Source of the DNA: Clostridia bacterium
GTDB lineage: Bacteria > Bacillota > Clostridia > Christensenellales > UBA1242
Direction: 5' to 3'
DNA length: 64,000 bases
Assembly (NCBI GenBank): GCA_900767835.1
Contig: CAAGAO010000029.1
Coordinates: 163 to 64,162, forward strand
In this document: positions 26,157 through 33,622 of the stretch, piece after piece
Layout of the letters: every line of letters starts with the position of its first letter
How positions within the stretch are numbered: position 1 is the stretch's first letter
Translations under genes and position numbers: made by a program
Notes under the pieces: generated by a model
The model's input: only the letters and a program-made list of their open reading frames with translations
What the model was told of the DNA's origin: nothing
Database searches by the model: none

Positions 26157-26642
26157 TTATTTAATAACTTTCAAATCATCAATCTTTACTGAGATACAAT
26201 CACCATAATAATTTCCATCTTTATCTATACCAGAAAAATCCACTTCAATATAATTTTGGGAAGCGTTATTATCCATTACACAACCTCTATCACCTTTGTG
26301 AATACCAAATTTAGTATAACTTTCTTCTTCAACCAACAATTCAACCATGTCGTATTCGTTTATTGCTATTGGCTCTATGACATTTTTTGCCTTTAATTTT
26401 AAGGTCTCTAATTTAGACAACAATTCTTTTTCAAACTCTGTTGGAAGTTTTTCTTTATCCAAATCTAAATCAATAGTTTTTACATTAACAATTGCATAAT
26501 CTCCGACATTGTGTGGATTAAAAAATAGTACATCTGCATTATCGAAATTTATATCAACTACAATTCCATGCATATCTTTATTTAAATTGTTCGATTTATA
26601 TGGTCTATCGTTTTTAAGTTTTACTATAACTAATTTTTTCAT
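26157..26642 (-). CDS. Putative immunity protein with two DUF4926-like small beta domains
   Basis: ATGA overlap with the upstream toxin-like ORF. The C-terminal repeat DMVELLVEEESYTKFGIHKGDRGCVMD...YIEVDFSGIDKDGNYYGDCISVKIDDLKVI matches my recollection of the DUF4926 pattern. The N-terminal half is a weaker copy. Confidence 0.55.
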   Translation of the reverse strand: MKKLVIVKLKNDRPYKSNNLNKDMHGIVVDINFDNADVLFFNPHNVGDYAIVNVKTIDLDLDKEKLPTEFEKELLSKLETLKLKAKNVIEPIAINEYDMVELLVEEESYTKFGIHKGDRGCVMDNNASQNYIEVDFSGIDKDGNYYGDCISVKIDDLKVIK

Positions 26643-27130
26643 TTTATCCATCCTCCAGATGGTGTAGTATTTTTTATTTTTCCTTCGGGATATAACATCC
26701 AACCGCTATAAAAGGTTATTCCACTTAAAGTGGTTGGAATTGCCAACCTTAAGCCTCTTCTATCTAAATTTTTACGGATATAATTTCCTAAAAGATATTG
26801 TTTTAATGCTTGTTTACAATATTCATTTTGTAGATACTCAGAATCGTTGATATCAGAACCCAAATCATAAAATATTTTATTTTTGCCTTTAGAATCTTTT
26901 ACATTTTTAAAAACATACTCCGTAAATTTCCTTATATCACATTCGGCAATTGCACTATATTTAACATTTGAATATGTAATATCTTTTTTGCGACAATCAC
27001 AGTTATCATGCAATGGCTGCTCCGGCATATTTCTTGTAACAAGATAGCAACCATCTAATGCAGTGTTATACAGAATGTTAAAATAAATGATTTTCTTTTT
27101 GTCATAAAATTCTCCTTTATATTTCCCCAT
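26639..27130 (-). pseudogene. Orphan C-terminal fragment of a polymorphic-toxin-like protein (Mu-F/SPP1-gp7-like HxxCxC motif + toxin-like tail)
   Basis: PLHDNCDCRK resembles the PLHPNCRC motif of the Phage_Mu_F family. The ATG at 27130 has no ribosome-binding site. A strong AAGGAGA site instead serves an out-of-frame 16-codon lipoprotein-like stub, MTKRKSFILTFCITLH*. Confidence 0.5.
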
Positions 27131-27484
27131 TGCAAAAGTGGAGTAGAAAATATGAGTGCCTTTGCAACTATATGTATATAATAATATAAAATATTCAAAT
27201 CTGTATATAAATTTTCAAATTTTCACAACTTAGATAAAAAATTTACAAAATTTTATAGGTTTTATTATCTTCGTTGCGAATTTTTGCAATAAAAATGCAA
27301 GATTTTTGCAATTTTATCGTTTTTTGCCAGATTGTTTTGTATTTTTTTATTTTGTGTGCTAATATAGGTATGAGTTAAGGTAAACCTAGGAAAATAAAGG
27401 GTTTTAGCCATTTTTTAATACGGTAAAACACGATAAAATATGGTAAAAAACACGAACCCCCGAATTACAATCCTTAATTTCTAC

Positions 27485-27525
27485 GAACCGAAAGGTCGGG
27501 GATTCGAATCCCTCCGGTTGCACCA
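27485..27525 (+). other. Degenerate tRNA 3' fragment (att remnant) ending in ACCA
   Basis: GGTCGGGGATTCGAATCCCTCCGGTTGCACCA has a T-arm-like TTCGAAT. No 5' half is present. It is flanked by the inverted repeats AATACGGTAAAA (27417) and TTTTACCGTAT (27658). Confidence 0.5.
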
Positions 27526-27563
27526 AAAAAATAGCGACACATAAAGTGTCGCTATTTTTTTTG
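27525..27563 (+). terminator. Rho-independent terminator
   Basis: ATAGCGACAC-ATAAA-GTGTCGCTAT followed by T8. Confidence 0.65.
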
Positions 27564-27701
27564 AGAAACCAACCGCCATGGATTATGGTTGGTGGGGTAA
27601 ATCGCCCATGGCGCACCAAAATGCGAATTCAATACGAAATAAGGTGCGAAAACCCTTATTTTACCGTATGTTTCCGTATTGTATCGCCCTTTATGTTTTT
27701 G

Positions 27702-27749
27702 AAAAAAATAGCTGTAAAGAAATTATTTTTTACGTAATTTCTTTACAGC
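27702..27749 (-). terminator. Terminator of lipoprotein gene 27783..28421
   Basis: GCTGTAAAGAAATTA...TAATTTCTTTACAGC 15-bp stem, with a T-run on the minus strand. Confidence 0.65.
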
Positions 27750-27782
27750 CCCTTATAAGTGAAAAAATCATGTTTAATAAGT

Positions 27783-28421
27783 TTATTTCATTTTATAGTA
27801 ATATGAAAATACCCCATTAGATGATGTATCTGCTTTTTCTATGAAAAGTTTGAACAAATATTGATTTGTCGAAGTGCTAAATTCATATCTAATTTCAAAA
27901 GTATAAACCGAGTTTTTAACAAAATATCCTTCTTTGTCTGTATCGTGGTTTGTAACATAATAAAATCTATAAAGTTTACTTGGATTATTATCAAAATAAT
28001 CGCCTAATGAGTTGCTTTGTTCCAAGATATACCATGTTTTATTTTGACCATATTTTGCACCATAATTGTTAGAGATATGTCCAAAATACCCATTATAATT
28101 TGTTTTGAAATAATTAAAATAAATTTCAGCATTCTGTTCTAATAGGTCAGCATTATCACAAGGTTGCGAAAATGAGTAACCATCTTTAAACCAAGAATCA
28201 CTAGAAGAGATTGTCCCATTAAGACCAGTTGGCGCTGTTAAATTAGATAATCCAACTGCCGACAACTCGGCTTCGGTAAACCATTTAGAACTATCGTGTG
28301 AGTTGCAATTTCCACCTGAGCCACTATTTCCATTATCGCCACAAGCGGTTAAGAAAAACATTGCTGGAATAATTAGCAATACTGCCATTATTAAACTAAA
28401 AATTTTGTTTTTTGTTTTCAT
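27783..28421 (-). CDS. Lipoprotein
   Basis: 212 aa. Signal peptide with lipobox FFLTAC|G, followed by a G/S/N-rich linker. Confidence 0.75.
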   Translation of the reverse strand: MKTKNKIFSLIMAVLLIIPAMFFLTACGDNGNSGSGGNCNSHDSSKWFTEAELSAVGLSNLTAPTGLNGTISSSDSWFKDGYSFSQPCDNADLLEQNAEIYFNYFKTNYNGYFGHISNNYGAKYGQNKTWYILEQSNSLGDYFDNNPSKLYRFYYVTNHDTDKEGYFVKNSVYTFEIRYEFSTSTNQYLFKLFIEKADTSSNGVFSYYYKMK

Positions 28422-28689
28422 ATTTTCTCTTTTATATAACCTGAATTCATCAATCTATGCTTTTTATTATTTCTTAAAAATCAAAATAGCCTTTGCTCCA
28501 AGCGTGATTGTTGTGGAAATTAAAACATATCCTTCTTTTTCCATTTCGTTACACTTGTCTTCAATTTTCTTTGCCATCTTCTTTGCCACGGGTGTATAGC
28601 CTATTTGTTCAGTTTCATATATTTATTTTTTCCTTTTTATTGTTTATTTTAAAGTTTAAAAATTTATCGAAATTAAAGTGTAATAACTA

Positions 28690-30213
28690 TTAAGGATTAT
28701 TTGTAAAGAATTCTATCTTTTCAGTTGGAACACTTGCTCTTACTGTGATTGTAAATCTGCTTGCTTTTGTTTCACCATCAAAGCCATATTGTTCTTTTGT
28801 TACAACAACATCTGAGTTCCAAGTGCTGTCATCAACCTTTACAACAACTCCTCCAATGCGAACAAATTCATAATCAACTTCACTATAAAAATTAATTATG
28901 AAAGTTAAATATTCATTTTTTAAGAAATACAAGATTCCGCCGTTTGCTCTTCCAACACACTTGTTTTTAATCAACTCGGGAGTATCAATAGAGCCATGTT
29001 GCGAGGAATTTTCAGCTCCATTCATTTCAATTTTATCAACAATTCGATAACTTTTTTCTGTAACCATATTCATTGTTTTTAAAAGTTCTAGCGCGTTTGT
29101 TGAAACAACATAAACATCATATTCAAAATTATAATTATAATATTTATCAAATTCAATCTCAACATATGAGCCATCTGCACTTCTTTGTGCTTGTGTTCCA
29201 GCAAGATCAAAAGTTAAAGCATCATAAAAGTTTTTATAATTTTCATCTGTATATTTTAGGAAATCAATCTTAAGCTTTGGAAGATCTGTTCCTGTGAAAT
29301 CTGAGAACTTAATAAATCCTTGAATAAGTTCATAATCTGAAGTTTTGGCACGAATTTCGCCATTCACTGAAAGAGCAAACAAATCTTTGTTCATTGAAAC
29401 TTTATCCCAGTCATGAACAAAATCAACCATATATTCTTCTTTAACTTCGTCATAAATTGTAATTGTGTTATTTTGTGAAAATCTGATTGTGTGTTTATAA
29501 CCGTATTTTTGGTTTTCTTCATCAATAATCTTTTCAACCTGCTCTTTATAGCCAATTCCAGTATTGCCGTCAGCATTATGAATGCGAACACTATTTTGTT
29601 TTTGAATTGCAAAATCATATGTTCCAACTGTATAAACAGAAACTGTAATTGGCATATCATAGTTTATTTGAGCAAATGAACTTCCAATATTTTTAAATTC
29701 TGCAAAACTCATCTTTCCTTTTTCAAGTCCAAATAAATCATATCTGTCAATTTCAACCATAATTCTGTCATGATAGCTTGGATACGACATATCTCCAACT
29801 GCAAGACTAATGTTTGCAACTTTTGGCGCAACAGCCCCAGCAAATGTGATTGCAAAATCTTTGGTAGGTTCAAAAGTTGCTTTATAGGCATATTCGCCTT
29901 CTTCTTCTGTAATAGTGAGCTCTTCACCATTGCTTAAAACTTTCAAAGTTCCAAGGTTGTATCCTTCTTCAATAAAAAATCTAATTTCAGCGATGTCGCC
30001 ATCTGTCAAGAATTTTCCTTTACTATCTGAACCATAGCCACCAGTTGTATTTTGAACTGTCACTTCTGAAACATGTGATGGAAGAGCATCAACTGTGAAA
30101 TAGTAATATTTTGGAGCCTTTTTTCCACATGCTGACAATAATAGAACTGTTGGTATAATAGCAAATAATATAAAAATCGCCAATTTGTAAATTTTTTTCT
30201 TTGTCATAGCCAT
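28690..30213 (-). CDS. Lipoprotein (507 aa)
   Basis: AAGGAGA ribosome-binding site. Lipobox LLLSAC|G. Confidence 0.75.
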   Translation of the reverse strand: MAMTKKKIYKLAIFILFAIIPTVLLLSACGKKAPKYYYFTVDALPSHVSEVTVQNTTGGYGSDSKGKFLTDGDIAEIRFFIEEGYNLGTLKVLSNGEELTITEEEGEYAYKATFEPTKDFAITFAGAVAPKVANISLAVGDMSYPSYHDRIMVEIDRYDLFGLEKGKMSFAEFKNIGSSFAQINYDMPITVSVYTVGTYDFAIQKQNSVRIHNADGNTGIGYKEQVEKIIDEENQKYGYKHTIRFSQNNTITIYDEVKEEYMVDFVHDWDKVSMNKDLFALSVNGEIRAKTSDYELIQGFIKFSDFTGTDLPKLKIDFLKYTDENYKNFYDALTFDLAGTQAQRSADGSYVEIEFDKYYNYNFEYDVYVVSTNALELLKTMNMVTEKSYRIVDKIEMNGAENSSQHGSIDTPELIKNKCVGRANGGILYFLKNEYLTFIINFYSEVDYEFVRIGGVVVKVDDSTWNSDVVVTKEQYGFDGETKASRFTITVRASVPTEKIEFFTNNP

Positions 30214-30522
30214 AACATTCTCCTTTTTGTTTTTTTAGTTGCATAAGTGGAGTAAAATATTGAGTATCTTTGCAACTTATATTGGTATTATAACATATTA
30301 TTCTCAATTTTGTATAAAAATTTTTAAATTTTCAAAGAAAAAATATTAACCAAAAAACCATAAATTTACAGTTTTTTTAAGTTTTAGATGATTTCAGGCG
30401 TTTTTAGATTAAAAATTCTTTCAAAACTCTCACAATATCAGCATTTTTCTTTGCTCCAAAAGGTGTTCCATTAAAATTTCTACCGAAAATAAGTTTTAAA
30501 AAACTTAAATTATCAAACAATA

Positions 30523-31869
30523 TTAAGCTTTTAAAATTATAACCTTAAAGCCATTATTCAAAGATATTGAAAGTTCTCCGTCCAGAGTTTCGGCATTTAA
30601 TCGCATACCTTTTATTCCTGTGTTCTCAATAAATGTTTGATTTGTGAATTTACCGTTGTCAAATATTTCAATTCGGTCTTGTGAAATATTAACAAACAGT
30701 TTTGTTGCGTTGGCATGACGAATCGCGTTTGTTGCACATTCTCTTATAATTTTAACAAGTGCTTTTGCTTTTGGTGTTTCTTTTGGTATTTCACCTGAAA
30801 TTTCAATATTAAAGCCAATCATTTCAAAGGCTGTTACAATGGAATTTTGCAAATTTTGAGTCTCGGATATATCCTCATTATCAATTTCGTCAAGCATTGT
30901 TTTTAGCAAACTTTTAACGCTGTTTAGGTCAAATGTTTTTTCGTCTATAACATCTAAAATATGGTGTAAAATAAACAACCTTTGCCCGATTATGTCATGC
31001 AACTTGCTTTTAAGCAACAAAACTTCTCTTTGTCTTTCAATCTCGTCAAGATTTTCAATCATTTGCAAAATTTCTGTTTGTTTTGCTTTTAATTCGGTTT
31101 GTTTGCTTTCAATCTCGGTAGTTGTTAAATATTCTTTTGTAATATCAAAAGCATAAATTTGAGTTTTTGATTGCTTAATTATTGAAAATGAATATACTTT
31201 TTTATCTAAAAACACCAAAATATTTTGCTCATCTATAATTTTGGAATTTTCTCTTGATTTAAGTCTTTTCCAAATTTCAAAAGAACTTTGATTTTGTTTG
31301 ATGTTTAGTTTTTCAAGCAAGATTTTCATTGCAAGGTTTTCATAAACCACATTAAACTCACTTTCAAACATAACAGCGGTTTTAAGCCCGTCTAGTGCTT
31401 CTTTAAGAGAATAATAATTTATATTGCTTTTTAGTTTGATTAAAGAGTTTAATAAACTTGTCAGTGATTTTGAAAATAGATAAATGACACTTATAACGAT
31501 AAACACAACTGAAAGTGTTTCATTTGTATATTTCCAAAATGGCAAAAGCATAATTAAAAATGGAAAATCTATTGCCAATTTATAGTCTTTTTTTGCAAGT
31601 ATTAGCCCTAACTCAAACACCAAAACCAAAATACAATAATACGCTAAAATCTCACAAATTGGCGTGTTTTTGAAGTTAAAGATTATAAACGCCCAAATAA
31701 CGCAAAGAGCAATATTTAAAACCCTGCAAACAATAAAAAGGTCAATTTTAAGTTTTCTATTAGAAAACATTTCACACAGTAATGTAATTGTTAAAAATAT
31801 GATAGAAACAAACAGCAAAACAACCATAAGAGACTGCATTTCGTTGTTTAAAATGGATAAATAACTCAT
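30523..31869 (-). CDS. Sensor histidine kinase, HisKA_3 (NarX/LiaS-type) with polytopic N-terminus
   Basis: H-box LHDIIGQRLFIL. N-box ECATNAIRHANA and G-box-like FDNGKF...GIKGM. ATGA overlap with the upstream membrane gene. Confidence 0.8.
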   Translation of the reverse strand: MSYLSILNNEMQSLMVVLLFVSIIFLTITLLCEMFSNRKLKIDLFIVCRVLNIALCVIWAFIIFNFKNTPICEILAYYCILVLVFELGLILAKKDYKLAIDFPFLIMLLPFWKYTNETLSVVFIVISVIYLFSKSLTSLLNSLIKLKSNINYYSLKEALDGLKTAVMFESEFNVVYENLAMKILLEKLNIKQNQSSFEIWKRLKSRENSKIIDEQNILVFLDKKVYSFSIIKQSKTQIYAFDITKEYLTTTEIESKQTELKAKQTEILQMIENLDEIERQREVLLLKSKLHDIIGQRLFILHHILDVIDEKTFDLNSVKSLLKTMLDEIDNEDISETQNLQNSIVTAFEMIGFNIEISGEIPKETPKAKALVKIIRECATNAIRHANATKLFVNISQDRIEIFDNGKFTNQTFIENTGIKGMRLNAETLDGELSISLNNGFKVIILKA

Positions 31870-33491
31870 TTGATTACCTCCTTAAAACAAACGATTGTGC
31901 TGTCGTCTTCCAATGTGAAAATATATTCCATTTTATATTCATTAGGTAAATTTAGTTCTGGTTTTTCAAGCCTTATATCATCAAAAGTGATTTCAAACTC
32001 CCAAACATCTCTCTTTTTGATTGTTAGCCAAATATCAAAGTTTTTCTTTTTGATTTTTGTGAGTAATTCGTTGTAAATATCATAAAACTTGCTAGCAATG
32101 CTAACTGGAATAAGACATTTATCAAGTCCAATACCAGCGTTTATATTAAGCCATTTAATGTCATTAAAACTTTCATTGAACAAAAGTTTTAATTCATCTT
32201 TTGTAATTTCTTGTTTTTGTTCTGAAAGAAGAATAAGGCTTGTTTTGCGTTTTAAGTATCCAACAATGCTTTTTATTTCATTTAAAGTTTCTTTTGTTTG
32301 CTTTTTGTTTTCAGTGGTTATCGTTTCTGGCAAATTGTTTAACAATTCTTCAAGTACATTTCTCTTGTTTTTAATCTGCTTTTCCACCTTGTCTAAAAGC
32401 AAGGTGTGTTGTTTAATTTGTTTTTCTTTTTGCAAAACTTCTTTTTTGTTTTCCAAAATTTTGTTTATATATTCAAGTTTTTCATTTTCGGTTTTAAGTT
32501 CTTTTTGCAAAGATTTAAGTTTTTCAACATCATTAAGCACCAAAAGTGTGCCAGAATTTAATTTTTGCTTTTCTAGTAGCATGTTGCTATTTGCTTTTTG
32601 CTTGCGATATTGTGCGTTTTGATATTCAATATTTTGCTTTTCATTCACTATTGCAAGTGGCACATTGCATGTTTCAAAAAATTCAAAATATGCTCCGCTG
32701 TTTTTAACAAGTCCACATTTTAGTGAAACATAAACAAGAATTGTTCCTAAAATTGTGTAAACAAGTGTCATATCCGAAAGATATGGAACAGCAATATCTG
32801 TAACAACATACAAAATGCTATAAACTAAAACTAGCAAAATAACGACACTTGGCAAAATTTTTTGCTTTATGGTAGTTTTTTTGTTTGAAAAGGTGTAGAA
32901 AAGCACAATAGTAGTTAAAATTTCAAGGAAAATAAAGGCGTAGATAATAAAATAGCCAAGGTTGTATTTATAGTTGCTTGAATGAGAACCAATCTCGCCG
33001 TCAGGGAAAATAAATACAAATTGATGAAAATCATTTGTTAAAACTAGAACTAATAAAAGCAAGGATATTGCAAGCGAAATAATAGCAACAACTCTTTTAT
33101 ATGTTTTGTTTTTAATGTAAATTTGATTGTTTGTAATAAACCACATACTCGGAATAAAAAGCAAAGGAATATACAAAAGATACCAAGTATAATCATTGTT
33201 ATCGTTAAAAGCTGATACTTTGTCAAAAATTTTTAGTCCCAACCAAAAAGCAAACAAACAAAACAAAATGATGAAACAAATTTTTGTCTTTTTATCAATT
33301 GTTTTGATTATTGCGCCAAACATAACAACCGACAGCACGATTGCCACCGAGCAGTAAATAAAAACATTCGCTTTTTTGTTGGTTTCAGTGGGATCAGTTT
33401 TGCCAAACACAAGTGCAAAAACAATTGCCAGCAAAATGCAAAGCACAGTTCCCGCAATAATCAAGTTTCTTTTGCAAAACAATTTTTTCAT
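31866..33491 (-). CDS. Polytopic membrane sensor-like protein (about 8 TM + coiled coil + degenerate kinase-like C-terminus; no H-box seen)
   Basis: 541 aa. A long coiled coil (KLKSLQKELKTENEKLEYINKILENKKEVLQKEKQ). The C-terminal ~110 aa lacks N/G-box motifs. Translationally coupled to the kinase gene. Confidence 0.55.
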   Translation of the reverse strand: MKKLFCKRNLIIAGTVLCILLAIVFALVFGKTDPTETNKKANVFIYCSVAIVLSVVMFGAIIKTIDKKTKICFIILFCLFAFWLGLKIFDKVSAFNDNNDYTWYLLYIPLLFIPSMWFITNNQIYIKNKTYKRVVAIISLAISLLLLVLVLTNDFHQFVFIFPDGEIGSHSSNYKYNLGYFIIYAFIFLEILTTIVLFYTFSNKKTTIKQKILPSVVILLVLVYSILYVVTDIAVPYLSDMTLVYTILGTILVYVSLKCGLVKNSGAYFEFFETCNVPLAIVNEKQNIEYQNAQYRKQKANSNMLLEKQKLNSGTLLVLNDVEKLKSLQKELKTENEKLEYINKILENKKEVLQKEKQIKQHTLLLDKVEKQIKNKRNVLEELLNNLPETITTENKKQTKETLNEIKSIVGYLKRKTSLILLSEQKQEITKDELKLLFNESFNDIKWLNINAGIGLDKCLIPVSIASKFYDIYNELLTKIKKKNFDIWLTIKKRDVWEFEITFDDIRLEKPELNLPNEYKMEYIFTLEDDSTIVCFKEVIK

Positions 33492-33573
33492 ATTTGTATT
33501 ATAACATAAAAAGTCAGATTTTCCATAAATAAATGCAAATTAAGTTGTAAATAACACTAATTTTTAATGTGCA

Positions 33574-33610
33574 ACAAAAAAACCACGGGTTTTTACCCGT
33601 GGATTTTTTA
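33574..33610 (-). terminator. Terminator of lipoprotein gene 33623..35386
   Basis: CCACGGGTTTTTACCCGTGG stem followed by a T-run on the minus strand. Confidence 0.65.
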
Positions 33611-33622
33611 TTATTTAAATTA

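Larger units (their letters stand above)
25925..27525. mobile_element. Integrative element module 3 (remnant without integrase; toxin-fragment/immunity cargo)
   Basis: The 25979..26156 backbone aligns with 5398..5494 of module 1 (AAAAAAGACCGA.AG...GGTCTAATTCTTTC..AA.CTC.CTAAAACT.GT). Cargo starts exactly where int would be. The right edge is a further tRNA 3' fragment. Confidence 0.45.

Noticed and set aside
27404-27820. ORFs 27404..27619(-), 27546..27737(+) and 27578..27820(+)
   Set aside because: They run across a tRNA fragment, a terminator and hairpin-rich non-coding DNA. No ribosome-binding site is present. I treated them as spurious.
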